From: Klebsiella phage EI
Sequence record: MN106245.1
Reading direction: 5' to 3' (one strand)
Length of the DNA stretch: 64,000 nucleotides
A model generated the notes under the pieces. The model had not been told where the DNA came from, did no database searches, and saw only the letters and a list, made by a program, of their open reading frames with translations. Numbering within the stretch: position 1 is the first letter of the stretch; each line of letters begins with the position of its first letter. The translations under genes were made by a program, and so were the position numbers. Below, piece by piece: positions 17,173 through 27,913 of this stretch.

Positions 17173-20100
17173 CAATTGCACCTTTCGTCACCAGCTTACG
17201 TATTCACAAGCTATCAGCGAACCAGGTCAATATTCGTTGGGATGACGTTGGTGCAAACTTCTACTATTTTGTAGAAATAGCCGAGATCGAAGATGAAACC
17301 GGTCGAGAAGTCGACCGTTCTTCTTTAAGTTGGCGTGCACTAGGTTATACCACTGAAAACGAATGGTTCGCAAATAACTTGCGTCCTATGACCACGTACA
17401 GAATGCGTGTACAATCGACAGCAGCCGGATTCGAACCTTCGGAATGGGTAGAAACTGAAGACTTTGAAACATTTGAAGTTAACGCCTACACATTTGAACA
17501 GATGAGCCAATTCATGCTTATGAAGCCGTTCATTGAAGAAAAGTTCGTTAAGAACCGTATGAACTATGTTAATTTCAATACGGCTGCATTACAGGCATCG
17601 TTGATGGCTGAAAACTTTCCTATCTCTACTGAATATAAAGATCTTTCCCAAGTTAGACAGTATGTTTTAGGCGAAGATGAATTCCATGAAATTCAAGGGC
17701 CTATAGAAGCGGTCTGTGTAGATAAAGACAGAACCATGCTTGCTGAAATAGATGGCAACCTCTATCTGTTTGAACGTTTCCAGCACATGGTCAAAGTATC
17801 GAACGATAAAGGCCAGAACTGGCATTACATACGCCTCTTTAGTGATCGCGTAGGCAATCCTGTTTCAAGGACATGTGTTTATCAATCCAACACTACTACA
17901 TACGTCCTGGGCTATAATAAAGTGTTCTATGGGCGTAAATCTAGCGATGTTCGTTGGTCGTCAGATGAAGTTCGTTTTAGCGATAACGAAGTAACATTTA
18001 CTAAGTTAGGTGACCAGCTTAATTTAGGGTTCGAAGTAGAAATCTTTGGTGTATATGCTTCATGGCCTGGTATTCTTAATACTAGAGTAGAAGCTATGAC
18101 CGTTAACAATACACACTTATATGGTGTAGCCAGAGACACAGTTCGCAGAATTAAATTAAAACAAGCTCCAGTTGATACCGTTATTGGGTCCCCTACATTC
18201 GGTGAAAAGTTATTTGAGCCCGAAATAATCAGAATAACCGGCGATGACCTAGCTGTTTGTTATAAAATGGATTCTATCGGTGGCAAAATCTTTGCTCTTA
18301 TTACAGGCCGTTTAAAATCAGCAGGGCTTGATGCATCTGACCCTAAAAATGTTGAATGCGTATCTAAAGAAGCTGAAGCAATTAAAGGCGTTTACGTATT
18401 TGACGAAGATACTTTAAGCTTTAGAAGAGTTTTTGGTACTACAGCAGAAGAACGCAGGAGAATTGAGCACGGATGGTCTAGTATGTCCACTGATGGCCAA
18501 GAATTGTTCTTTAGCTCAGGCGACTTTCGGTATAACGAATATGTTCCTGATAATGAACTTCCTTTAGAAAATCCTGCTACGGTTACAGAAGCTATTTCAT
18601 ATTATGCTCCTTATCAGTATCATCATGATAAACATTGGCATATGATGAGCTTCCGATCTAACGAAAATAGCGGTTGGGAAGAGTTTAAACCTGGCCGTAT
18701 GAAATTTTATGCCGAGCCTTGGTTTAACTGGATGGCCCGTTCTGGAAATAGAAACTTGGTTACTACTACGGACCATGCTTTAGTAGTTTATAACAACACT
18801 ACTTATACCAAGTATGTTGATACTCTGTCTTTAACAGATCCTAACCGTATTTTGCATGAAATTTGGAACAAAGGCGATGGTGTATTCTATTGTCCTAACG
18901 TAGAGTTCGATAGCTTCTTAAAATATGCCTCTGGTATCATGTTTCATGAGCCTGATGGTACTTTAGTAGGGTTCTATGAATTTGAATACAGAGTCAGAGA
19001 TTATGTTAAGATTACTTGGAAACCTAAAAATGTGATGTTCAAAGCATTTTTACAAAACCAAGAACACGAAGTTCCTTGGACGCCAACAGAAGATACAGGT
19101 CTCCAAGACCCGGATTTAGTTCCTTTAGTTCGTAAAATGATGCCGGACAGTTATTTGCTTCAAGATACTAACTTTGAAGCTTTCAGTAATTATTATTTAC
19201 AATTCATTTCTAAAGGATATGGAACCCATTATAATAAGCTTCTGAATCTGGTTCGTGATAAGTACCCTAGAGAAGAACATGCCTGGGAATACTTATGGTC
19301 TGAAGTTTATAAGCGTAATATCTACCTGTCAAAGGAGCGGAGAGATGCTGTAGTACGTTTCTTCGAAGCCCGTAAAAATGACTTCTACGCCACAAAAGGT
19401 ATTGAAGAAAGCTACAAGTTCCTGTTCAAGCTTTTATATAATGAGGATGTTGAAATTGACATCGAATCTAAAAACAGCACCGAATATGATATAGTTGTTG
19501 ACTCTGATAATATCAATGACGATATTGTGGGTCGTACGATTTACACAGCTTCAGGTCGTTGTAATGTGACATATATTGAGCGTGAATACGTTGACGGTAA
19601 GCTTCTATGGCGTATGACTATTCATAATATGATAGGTCGATTTGTCGCTGGTCAAGAAGTTAAATCTGAAAAGAGCTCTTTTGAAGGTATGATTGTTGTG
19701 GGTGTTCGTGGTAAAGAACTTATTTCTAATACCATAGAATATATTAACCGTTCTCGTTCTTATTATGTGATGAAAATTCGTTCTTCTCTTCCTACTTCTA
19801 GATACAGAGATGACGTACTGAGATTTGTTCATCCAGTAGGTTTCGGCTTCGTTGGCATTACTTTGATCACGATGTTTATTAATGCTGGTCTTAGTATGAA
19901 ACACGTTGAAACCACCATAAATAAGCTCAAGAACTATAAGTGGGACTCAGGCATTCCTTCGTATTATCCTGACAGAAATGCCGCAATTTCTCCTAGTGGA
20001 ACTATAGAACGAGACGCATGGGGTGACCCTATTTACTACGATAATGTAAACAAAGGTGTTCCTTACCCGTGTACTCAAGAATATATCACAGAGAATAATA

Positions 20101-20273
20101 GCCAATTCCAAGGTCAAGGTCCTTGTGAAAGACGTAAGCGGCACAGTCCTTTATTTGACCAGTCTGCAGTAACATTCTCTTGTTATAGAGAGCTGGTAGA
20201 TGAACGGCTTAAAGATAACGTAGGAAATCCTCGTGATCCTGAGAATCCAACCCAGGTCAATATAGGTGAATAA
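17169..20273 (+). CDS. 7: gp7 baseplate wedge initiator
   Basis: 1034 aa (T4 1032). Confidence 0.85.
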   Translation: MTIAPFVTSLRIHKLSANQVNIRWDDVGANFYYFVEIAEIEDETGREVDRSSLSWRALGYTTENEWFANNLRPMTTYRMRVQSTAAGFEPSEWVETEDFETFEVNAYTFEQMSQFMLMKPFIEEKFVKNRMNYVNFNTAALQASLMAENFPISTEYKDLSQVRQYVLGEDEFHEIQGPIEAVCVDKDRTMLAEIDGNLYLFERFQHMVKVSNDKGQNWHYIRLFSDRVGNPVSRTCVYQSNTTTYVLGYNKVFYGRKSSDVRWSSDEVRFSDNEVTFTKLGDQLNLGFEVEIFGVYASWPGILNTRVEAMTVNNTHLYGVARDTVRRIKLKQAPVDTVIGSPTFGEKLFEPEIIRITGDDLAVCYKMDSIGGKIFALITGRLKSAGLDASDPKNVECVSKEAEAIKGVYVFDEDTLSFRRVFGTTAEERRRIEHGWSSMSTDGQELFFSSGDFRYNEYVPDNELPLENPATVTEAISYYAPYQYHHDKHWHMMSFRSNENSGWEEFKPGRMKFYAEPWFNWMARSGNRNLVTTTDHALVVYNNTTYTKYVDTLSLTDPNRILHEIWNKGDGVFYCPNVEFDSFLKYASGIMFHEPDGTLVGFYEFEYRVRDYVKITWKPKNVMFKAFLQNQEHEVPWTPTEDTGLQDPDLVPLVRKMMPDSYLLQDTNFEAFSNYYLQFISKGYGTHYNKLLNLVRDKYPREEHAWEYLWSEVYKRNIYLSKERRDAVVRFFEARKNDFYATKGIEESYKFLFKLLYNEDVEIDIESKNSTEYDIVVDSDNINDDIVGRTIYTASGRCNVTYIEREYVDGKLLWRMTIHNMIGRFVAGQEVKSEKSSFEGMIVVGVRGKELISNTIEYINRSRSYYVMKIRSSLPTSRYRDDVLRFVHPVGFGFVGITLITMFINAGLSMKHVETTINKLKNYKWDSGIPSYYPDRNAAISPSGTIERDAWGDPIYYDNVNKGVPYPCTQEYITENNSQFQGQGPCERRKRHSPLFDQSAVTFSCYRELVDERLKDNVGNPRDPENPTQVNIGE

Positions 20274-21305
20274 ATGTCTACATCTGCGTTAGCATCAGTG
20301 AACAGCGCGATTTATCGCGCTGTTATTACTTCTAAATTTCGTACTGAAAAAATGTACACGTTCTATAAATCCGTAGGAGATGGACCAGAACAAAATACAT
20401 TGTATATAAGCTTCGGCAAATCTACTCCATGGTCTGCTAATGAAAACGAGCCAGGATTTGCCCCGCCATATCCTTCAGATAGTACTGACGGGGTTGTTGA
20501 TGTCTGGACTAATATGATGGGCGCTGTTAAAGTTGACCCAAGCATGCTAGACTGCGTTATTCCAAGGCGTGATTGGGGTGATTCGCGTTATGATAACTCA
20601 ACATTTTTAATTGGTGATATTGTAGTTACTAATAACGCCCCGTATAATAAAACTGAAGTTGGGGCTGGCTGGCTAATTTATAAATGCGTTGATGTTCCAA
20701 AAGAAGGTATGTGTTCTATAGGCCAGTTGTCTAATAAAGATGAATGCCTTGCGCTAGGTGGTAAGTGGTCTCCTTCAAGAACTTCTACTATTGTTCCTAG
20801 CGGCCGAGCAGATACTAGTGGTGGTACTAATGGTATTATAGATACCGGCGACGGATATTACTGGGAATACCTTTATGAGATTCCGCCTGATGTTTCTATT
20901 AACCGTTGTACCAATGAGTACATCGTTGTTCCCTGGCCTGAAGAAGTAGCAGCAGACCCGCAAAGATGGGGTTACCATAATAATATCAGTTGGCAACAAT
21001 ATGATTATGACATCATTTATCGCCTTAAAGCCAACTGTGTGCGGTTTAAAGCTTTCTTGGACTCAGTCTATTTCCCAGAGTTTAGTTTGCCCGGTAATAC
21101 TGGGTTCAGACAACTTTCTGTGATTAGTAATCCGTTAGAAGCTAAAAAGAATCCTAATGACCCTAATGTTAAGGCTACTAAAGGATCTTATCCGGCGGTA
21201 AGTTTGTTTAGACAGTCCGGTGAAATCATTTATATGGAAAATAGACAACCGATCATTAGATCAATGGACCAAACTGAAGAAGTTAGTATTATCTTTGAAT
21301 TTTAA
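20274..21305 (+). CDS. 8: gp8 baseplate wedge subunit
   Basis: 343 aa (T4 334). Confidence 0.8.
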   Translation: MSTSALASVNSAIYRAVITSKFRTEKMYTFYKSVGDGPEQNTLYISFGKSTPWSANENEPGFAPPYPSDSTDGVVDVWTNMMGAVKVDPSMLDCVIPRRDWGDSRYDNSTFLIGDIVVTNNAPYNKTEVGAGWLIYKCVDVPKEGMCSIGQLSNKDECLALGGKWSPSRTSTIVPSGRADTSGGTNGIIDTGDGYYWEYLYEIPPDVSINRCTNEYIVVPWPEEVAADPQRWGYHNNISWQQYDYDIIYRLKANCVRFKAFLDSVYFPEFSLPGNTGFRQLSVISNPLEAKKNPNDPNVKATKGSYPAVSLFRQSGEIIYMENRQPIIRSMDQTEEVSIIFEF

Positions 21306-21308
21306 CCA

Positions 21309-21326
21309 GGGAGCCTCACGGCTCCC
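21309..21326 (+). terminator. hairpin GGGAGCCTCACGGCTCCC followed by a T-run
   Basis: perfect stem; the identical hairpin recurs at 57119-57136. Confidence 0.6.
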
Positions 21327-21335
21327 ATTTTTGTT

Positions 21336-21343
21336 TATAAATA
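21336..21343 (+). promoter_or_regulatory. late promoter TATAAATA upstream of gene 9
   Basis: exact consensus ~27 nt before the ATG at 21370. Confidence 0.6.
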
Positions 21344-21369
21344 TCTCTATAAACATATTGAGGTACACT

Positions 21370-22254
21370 ATGGCATTCACACAAATTCCAAAAGAAGTCG
21401 TAAACGTAGGTGAGATTGGTAACGCCTCAACAGGCGATATCTTATACGATGGCGGCGTTAAAATAAACAACAACTTCTCAGATATTTTTAATGCTTTCGG
21501 CGACCAACGGCTTTTTGCGGCTGCTGATGGCGAGAACACCCAGATAATCCATGCGACCGGATATTACCAAAAACTGTCATTTGTCGATTATAGCAGTAGT
21601 GAAATAGCTTTAGGAACTTGCCACGACATTTCTACCAACGGTCAAAAGCTCAATGTTACTATAGCTAAAGGCAAAGTTGGTGAAGCTATTTACTTTGTAA
21701 ATGCTGACGGTTCTATTTCGGCAGAAACCAGTCTTACAATAACAACTAGTGCTAATGACGGATTCGCTTCAGGCGGTAATAAAATTGAAATAGTTTCTCC
21801 GTATACTAGGGTTGAAGTCTGGTGTATTTCTAAAGATACCTCAGGTAATTGTATTTGGGATTACTCTATTACAAGTATGTTTGGCCAGCAGCACGTTCCT
21901 TTAGAAAGAACGTTTACAATTAACCAAACAGGAACTGACATTGTTATCGCTGGGGTTAAAGAATTTAACTCTATTAAGCTTTTGATGAGTTATGTAGCAA
22001 CACCACCTGGTAAAAATATCAGACAGTCTTCTGAAACCCTTTTATTGATTGATTCTAGTATGAATAAAGTCTACTCTACTGAATATGCTGTTATCAGAAT
22101 GGGTGGGGAAAAAGGTGAAGATGAATTCTTTTACAACGCTACTTATTCAGTAAATTCTGCGGGTAAAGTAGTTCTTAATGTGAAATCAAATTACTCTAAC
22201 GCTAGACTGGCAATTAAATCTATCGGTACTCAGACCGTCGGTACAGGAATCTAA
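21370..22254 (+). CDS. 9: gp9 baseplate wedge / long-tail-fibre socket
   Basis: start at MAFTQIPKEV after the late promoter (the ORF-track start at 21220 overlaps gp8 and is rejected); 294 aa (T4 288). Confidence 0.8.
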   Translation: MAFTQIPKEVVNVGEIGNASTGDILYDGGVKINNNFSDIFNAFGDQRLFAAADGENTQIIHATGYYQKLSFVDYSSSEIALGTCHDISTNGQKLNVTIAKGKVGEAIYFVNADGSISAETSLTITTSANDGFASGGNKIEIVSPYTRVEVWCISKDTSGNCIWDYSITSMFGQQHVPLERTFTINQTGTDIVIAGVKEFNSIKLLMSYVATPPGKNIRQSSETLLLIDSSMNKVYSTEYAVIRMGGEKGEDEFFYNATYSVNSAGKVVLNVKSNYSNARLAIKSIGTQTVGTGI

Positions 22255-22256
22255 TA

Positions 22257-24068
22257 ATGAAACAAAATTTAAATATTGGCCAAGTAGTCGACGACGGCAG
22301 CGGAGATTATCTCCGCCTTGGTGGCCAAAAGATTAATAACAACTTTGACGAACTGTACTATCAATTAGGCGATGGTACTTATCCTCACGCCGCTGGTGCT
22401 TGGAAAACCCACTCAGCAGCTAATTCTATTCGACTTGACCCTAAAATGGGTGATAGTTTCGCGATTAATACCCAGGCGGCTCGTGTAACAGTTTATCTTC
22501 CTAAAGGTAAACCTTCGGACTACAACAGTGTTATTCGTCTACGTGATGTATGGTCTACCTGGCGGTTGTCCCCTGTGACTGTGGTTCCTGCCTCAGGCGA
22601 TACTATTAAAGGTTCTGCATCTCCTAAGACCTTTAATACTAACTATCAAGATCTTGAGCTAGTTTATTGCTCTCCAGGTAGATGGGAATACATCAACGGC
22701 AAAACCATTGAAAAATTCACTAACGGCGATTTAGCTACAGTTTCTAAGAAATCAATTATTGCCACTGAAGGCCAAACTGACTTCTTAGACATTTTTGATG
22801 GCGAAGAATATAATCCAGAATCTCTGAACGTCTATCGCCGTGGTAATATGTTGTTTTACGGTGAGAATGGATTTGACCCGGTTAATGCTGATTACGGTTC
22901 TCCTGGCCCAAACAATACTATTGTGGCTTTGAATAAAAAAGATGTTCGGTTAGTTAAGCCTTGTTCTGCAGGCGATGTAATTATTTTCGAAACCTTTTTA
23001 GATGGTATTGGTGTATGGCGTAGCTCATATAACAAAGTTACTGTTATGGTTCGCAGTAACAAACTTACCTCCGAGAAAACAGTCCAAGGCTCTAAAATTG
23101 TAGCCGACCTGAGTACCCTGCGTGAACTTAGCACCGCAGATTTAGGTGTTCTTCCTGGTATAGACATGAACCCAAATTCTATCGAGGTAGAAATAAACGG
23201 TAAAAGCCAGGTTGAAGCTGGGACAGGCGGTCTTCCGGAGTTTATTTGTGAAGGCGCCCCTGGTGAATCTTTACAAGATTGTATAGCTAACGGCGGGACT
23301 TGGGTCCAATCGGACTCCGATTATCGTTTGATATTTGATAGTGACGGGATTAAAGTTTCTGGTATCAGATTCGGTCAACCGTTTGAAGACCAGGATATCA
23401 TTACTGTCCGTTGGTACAATAACAACATCGGGACTACGATGTCCATGGATGATATTGTTTCTGAGACAGATCTGATTTATATGAATGCCGAAGAAACAGT
23501 AGACCTTAAAAACAGAATCGAATACACTGATTATCAGAACCCGAGCCAAAAAACTAAAGTTGACGTGCCTAATGAGTACGATGTTCGGTTATCTAACATC
23601 TCAGCATTTTTTGATTCGATTTATCCTATAGGAACAATTTATGAAAATGCTCATAACCATGCTAATCCTCGAGATTACATGGGTATGGGTGTGTGGAAGA
23701 TGTACGGTGAAGGCTATGCATCTGTAGGGTGGGCTTCTGATATAAGTAATCCTTACTTTGCATTAAATAATAATGACCTAGACAGTTCAGGTAGGCCGTC
23801 TCATAGCGCTGGAGGCACGGTCGGCGAAGTTGAATTCCAGATTTCAGCAAATAACATCCCCGAACTTAAATCTGATGATACGGTTCTTATTGCTGATGAT
23901 AATGGTACCGTAGTTATCGGCGGGTGCCAATTAGACCCAGATGCAGCTGGTCCTGGGTATTCCAAATATAGAGAAGGTTCTATCACCGTAAACAAAGGCG
24001 CCGGTGGCTTACCTATTTCTAACGTTCAACCTTCTATAACTGTCTATCGCTGGATAAGGGTGGCATAA
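22257..24068 (+). CDS. 10: gp10 baseplate wedge subunit and short-tail-fibre attachment
   Basis: 603 aa (T4 602). Confidence 0.85.
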   Translation: MKQNLNIGQVVDDGSGDYLRLGGQKINNNFDELYYQLGDGTYPHAAGAWKTHSAANSIRLDPKMGDSFAINTQAARVTVYLPKGKPSDYNSVIRLRDVWSTWRLSPVTVVPASGDTIKGSASPKTFNTNYQDLELVYCSPGRWEYINGKTIEKFTNGDLATVSKKSIIATEGQTDFLDIFDGEEYNPESLNVYRRGNMLFYGENGFDPVNADYGSPGPNNTIVALNKKDVRLVKPCSAGDVIIFETFLDGIGVWRSSYNKVTVMVRSNKLTSEKTVQGSKIVADLSTLRELSTADLGVLPGIDMNPNSIEVEINGKSQVEAGTGGLPEFICEGAPGESLQDCIANGGTWVQSDSDYRLIFDSDGIKVSGIRFGQPFEDQDIITVRWYNNNIGTTMSMDDIVSETDLIYMNAEETVDLKNRIEYTDYQNPSQKTKVDVPNEYDVRLSNISAFFDSIYPIGTIYENAHNHANPRDYMGMGVWKMYGEGYASVGWASDISNPYFALNNNDLDSSGRPSHSAGGTVGEVEFQISANNIPELKSDDTVLIADDNGTVVIGGCQLDPDAAGPGYSKYREGSITVNKGAGGLPISNVQPSITVYRWIRVA

Positions 24069-24721
24069 TGATTTTTACTAAAACACGTGAAGGGGCTAAG
24101 GTCCCTTCAAGAGAAGCTAACTATCTTCAGTTTGAATTAGACCCTGAAGATATTTCTGTAGGTGATCAAGTTCCTTATGGGTCGGTCACACTAAAACAAA
24201 CACAACACGGTGTTTGGTATCCTAATATCCAGGCAGCAATAGATGATGTCCGTGCGATGATCCCTAGTGATGTCGGAGAAGTTGTTACTAATGTAACAGG
24301 TATTAGCCCAGGGAAAACGCAACAAATTACTCGGGCTGTTTTTTCTGGTGTTGTCAAATTAGAAGACGAAACCTCTGAAGAAATAGTTGAGATTCTAGGT
24401 GTTGCCGTTAAACTTAAAAACGGCGATACCGCCGAGATAGCTGCTGCTAAATGGCTCAACATCCTTGAGTCTATGGTTGCTGATAAGATTGCTATTGCAG
24501 CAGTTTTTAGCTCTGCTTCTACCCAGAATATCGTAGATATTACTCATCTGGATTACCAGAACCATACTTTCGAAACTTTTAAATGGAACGGTATTACAGT
24601 TAACTTTAGTGTTTTGTCTCCTGCTAAACAAGGTTACGGAAGTTGGAACTTTTTAGGTAGCGAAGATAAAGTATTTGCTAGTAATACTGTTCGCTTCCAT
24701 TATTTCCAGAGGATCTCGTAA
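24068..24721 (+). CDS. 11: gp11 baseplate wedge / tail pin
   Basis: 217 aa (T4 219). Confidence 0.8.
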   Translation: MIFTKTREGAKVPSREANYLQFELDPEDISVGDQVPYGSVTLKQTQHGVWYPNIQAAIDDVRAMIPSDVGEVVTNVTGISPGKTQQITRAVFSGVVKLEDETSEEIVEILGVAVKLKNGDTAEIAAAKWLNILESMVADKIAIAAVFSSASTQNIVDITHLDYQNHTFETFKWNGITVNFSVLSPAKQGYGSWNFLGSEDKVFASNTVRFHYFQRIS

Positions 24722-26076
24722 TGGCTCAAAATAACTTTCAGCACTATAGTGACTTAGCTGAATACACAATTTTTAAGCCGGCTAATACAGATTGGCCGGC
24801 TTCTGTAGATAATGTCCAAAAAGCATTATCAATGATCGGCGACTGGTCTCGTACTGATGTAGGTTTACCTGTAGCAACACCTACAACTCCGGGTATTGTG
24901 GCTATAGCTACTCAAACTGAAGTAGATGCCGGCAAAGTAACAAATAAATTTGTTAGCCCGGCCACATTAAAATCTGTTATCACCAGACCAGACGCAACGA
25001 CCGCAGTAAAAGGCTTGACCAGATATGCTACTAATGCCGAAGCTGCTGGATTAGCTATCGGTAATGCCGCTATAGTTCCTTCTGCATTAGGTCATGTTTT
25101 TACTAATGTAACGGCTACTGAAACTAGATTTGGTACTATTAAGCTGGCCACTTATGATATGGGACAAGCTGGTACCGATGATACTACAGCTGTGACTCCG
25201 AAGCGAGTTGTAGAAATGATTGCGGCCCATTCAGCCAATCCTCCTTCATATACGATGGCGACAGAAACTAATTTAGGATTAGTTAAATTAGCTACTAGCG
25301 CTCAAATTCAGCAAGGGACTTTAGGAGATGGATACGCTATATCACCTAAAGGGTTGCTTGGCGCTAAAGCATCTGAATCTAAATTTGGTGTTATTCGTTT
25401 ATCTACTGCATCTGAAACAGCCGCCGGGACTTTAGATTCTGTAGCGGTTTCTCCTAAGCAATTGATGGCCCTTCGCGGTTCTACATCCCAATACGGATTA
25501 GTCCAGCTATCAGGTGTTCCTCAGTCAGGCCAAACTGCTGCGAGAGCTGATGCCGTCGTGTTTAAAACAACTACCGTAAATGGTAAGCCTTTATCCGGAA
25601 ATATTACTTTAAGTGCCGGGGACGTAAATGCTTGGTCTAAAGGTGAAGCTGATAACCGCTTTATGCCTAAAGACAGGATGGTCGGTAATATTACTCGCAT
25701 TGAAGGAGCCACATATCTTAACTACAGAGGAAATAATGGTAGTCCGGATACTTGGTATTGTCAAAGTCCATGGGAAGGCTTTTCTACTGTAGGTATGAAC
25801 GTTGTTTGTAAATTTGAAAGAAACTACGACGGCGATGATAACCGTATTTTCCAGTTCTATGTTCGTGTTAATGGGCAAAGACAAGGCGGAATACTTACAT
25901 TAAATATAGAAAATACTAAAGGCGGAAGAAACGGTCATTCCTGGAGATTCGAGGCGTATGCATCTGGTAATTTCCGGTTCGGCAATATTCCTCCAGGAGC
26001 TAGAGTTGACCTTGAACCTGTTCAATGGCACCGGGTTTTACATGTAGACGTATTGGCCACATTCTGCACAAATTAA
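24721..26076 (+). CDS. 12: gp12 short tail fibre
   Basis: 451 aa (T4 527, so shorter); synteny; repetitive Ala/Thr-rich beta-helical middle. Confidence 0.75.
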   Translation: MAQNNFQHYSDLAEYTIFKPANTDWPASVDNVQKALSMIGDWSRTDVGLPVATPTTPGIVAIATQTEVDAGKVTNKFVSPATLKSVITRPDATTAVKGLTRYATNAEAAGLAIGNAAIVPSALGHVFTNVTATETRFGTIKLATYDMGQAGTDDTTAVTPKRVVEMIAAHSANPPSYTMATETNLGLVKLATSAQIQQGTLGDGYAISPKGLLGAKASESKFGVIRLSTASETAAGTLDSVAVSPKQLMALRGSTSQYGLVQLSGVPQSGQTAARADAVVFKTTTVNGKPLSGNITLSAGDVNAWSKGEADNRFMPKDRMVGNITRIEGATYLNYRGNNGSPDTWYCQSPWEGFSTVGMNVVCKFERNYDGDDNRIFQFYVRVNGQRQGGILTLNIENTKGGRNGHSWRFEAYASGNFRFGNIPPGARVDLEPVQWHRVLHVDVLATFCTN

Positions 26077-26085
26077 GGATTCTTA

Positions 26086-27852
26086 ATGATTATTAAGCTT
26101 GAAACTTTACCCAATGTAACTAAAGACCCAGGCGAGTCTCAAAAACGAATTGCCTGGATTAAAAATGGAGAGCCGCTTAATGCAGCTTCTACTCGTTACG
26201 GCCACGAAGGCGAACTTAACCGAGTCGGCGTTCAACTCCAAGAGAACATAGAATTCGTTCACCATGAAGTAGAACGAACTGTAGAACAATTAAACAAGAA
26301 CAGTACTGAAATCGAATCTATTAAAGAATCTTTAGAAATTACCACTGATGTTGATGCAGTAACTCAGGTTTATAAAAACCGTGATGACATTGTACTGGTT
26401 AATTCTGAATTAGATCTTCATGAACAAGAAATAGCTTCTTTAAAAGAATCTTCAACAAAGTTAACTGCTGAAGTAGGCGTATATAACCCGAACTTAGATC
26501 CTAAACACCGTACCGTCCGTGGGGATATTGTATTCATCAAAGATGAAATGGGTTCTTATCCCGGACAGAATAAAAACGGTGAAGTTGATTTAAATTCTCC
26601 TGGTTCCGGCATGAAACTCCGTATCATTTCTAACAGTGACGCCATTTCTAAAGTTACTGCTAGGGTCCAAGATCTTGAAGACAATTTTATCGATTCTGAT
26701 GTAGGTGCTTTATCAGGCAGAATTGATGAAATTCGTACTGAAATAGGACCTAAAACCTTAGCAAATGGGACTTCCATTTACAGCAGAATAATTAAGGCTG
26801 ACAACGATATTGGTCTTCTTAAAACCACTCAAGAAAACATTTCTGCTGCCATTAATTTGACAGGCCCTGAAACAATTTCGTCTAGAGTATCTAATTTAGA
26901 ATCACGTACTCTATCTATTGATGCTACCGTTAATTCGGCTGGAACCGGTCTTGTTGATAAAGTAGGTGTCATTGAAGTAAAAATCGGATCAGCTTCAGAA
27001 CCGTACAGCATTTTAGGTAGATTAGATGCGATTCAAACTACCCAAGATGAAATTAAGACTGTTGTTGGAGCCGATGCATCTTCTGGTATACGCGGCCAGA
27101 TAGCTTGGATTCAGCAGAAAACAGGTATTGTTGGTCCTGGCGAAACTCCTGATCCTAGTTCTATTGAAGGTCGTTTGACTGAAGTTATCGGTGTTCAATC
27201 CCAACAACAGTCATCTATTCAGGATATCCAGGCTGAACTGGGTAATGGTACTAATGGTATCACAGGCCAATTAAATGAAGTTCGTAAAACTGTTTACGGT
27301 AATTCTAGCTCTGCAGACCCTATTGAAAAGAGTGGTCTTTTAGAGTCTGTTAAAAAGATAAATTCAGACTATGTGCAGGATGTAACTGACCTGAATGCTT
27401 ACCTCCGTACAAAAGGCCAATGGATTAAAAAATCTATGGCTATGGGTTCATTTAAAGGTAAAGACCTTCAGGCAGATTTAACCGGCAGTGATTTTGAATA
27501 TTCGTTCGGTCCTGGTCTTGTAGCTGCCGATTTTAATAATCAGATTCGCGTTATTAATAGTGAAATCGTTATCAACAACTCGGCAATTTATGAGGTGTCA
27601 GCTTCTGTTATTATCGAAAAAGCCCACGCAGATAAAGTTCTTGATTTGGTGTTTTATGTTGACGACGTTTCTGTAGATGTTAATTCTATAGGTATTAAAA
27701 CCGTAGCAGGCTATCAAGTTGTTAGCTTTGATTGGCTTGGACAGTTAGAAGAAACAGATCGTTTACGCCTAGCCATTAAAGCTGTTGAACCGGCTTCTCA
27801 AGTTGTTTTAAATGTAGAAGCTGTTGATATTACTGTAGTTCCAGCGCGCTAA
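26086..27852 (+). CDS. wac: fibritin (whisker, wac): long coiled coil with a divergent C-terminal domain
   Basis: 588 aa, heptad repeats through most of the length; position between 12 and 13. Confidence 0.75.
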   Translation: MIIKLETLPNVTKDPGESQKRIAWIKNGEPLNAASTRYGHEGELNRVGVQLQENIEFVHHEVERTVEQLNKNSTEIESIKESLEITTDVDAVTQVYKNRDDIVLVNSELDLHEQEIASLKESSTKLTAEVGVYNPNLDPKHRTVRGDIVFIKDEMGSYPGQNKNGEVDLNSPGSGMKLRIISNSDAISKVTARVQDLEDNFIDSDVGALSGRIDEIRTEIGPKTLANGTSIYSRIIKADNDIGLLKTTQENISAAINLTGPETISSRVSNLESRTLSIDATVNSAGTGLVDKVGVIEVKIGSASEPYSILGRLDAIQTTQDEIKTVVGADASSGIRGQIAWIQQKTGIVGPGETPDPSSIEGRLTEVIGVQSQQQSSIQDIQAELGNGTNGITGQLNEVRKTVYGNSSSADPIEKSGLLESVKKINSDYVQDVTDLNAYLRTKGQWIKKSMAMGSFKGKDLQADLTGSDFEYSFGPGLVAADFNNQIRVINSEIVINNSAIYEVSASVIIEKAHADKVLDLVFYVDDVSVDVNSIGIKTVAGYQVVSFDWLGQLEETDRLRLAIKAVEPASQVVLNVEAVDITVVPAR

Positions 27853-27857
27853 AATTA

Positions 27858-27875
27858 GGGAGACCGAAGTCTCCC
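27858..27875 (+). terminator. hairpin GGGAGACCGAAGTCTCCC followed by TTTTT
   Basis: perfect stem, T-run. Confidence 0.6.
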
Positions 27876-27882
27876 ATTTTTG

Positions 27883-27890
27883 TATAAATA
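27883..27890 (+). promoter_or_regulatory. late promoter TATAAATA upstream of gene 13
   Basis: exact consensus. Confidence 0.6.
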
Positions 27891-27913
27891 TAGTTATTAT
27901 ATGAGGACTTTTT

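Noticed and set aside
21220-21369. Extended N-terminus of gp9 from the ORF track
   Set aside because: The extension overlaps the gp8 C-terminus, a terminator hairpin and the late promoter. The real start is the ATG at 21370 (MAFTQIPKEV).
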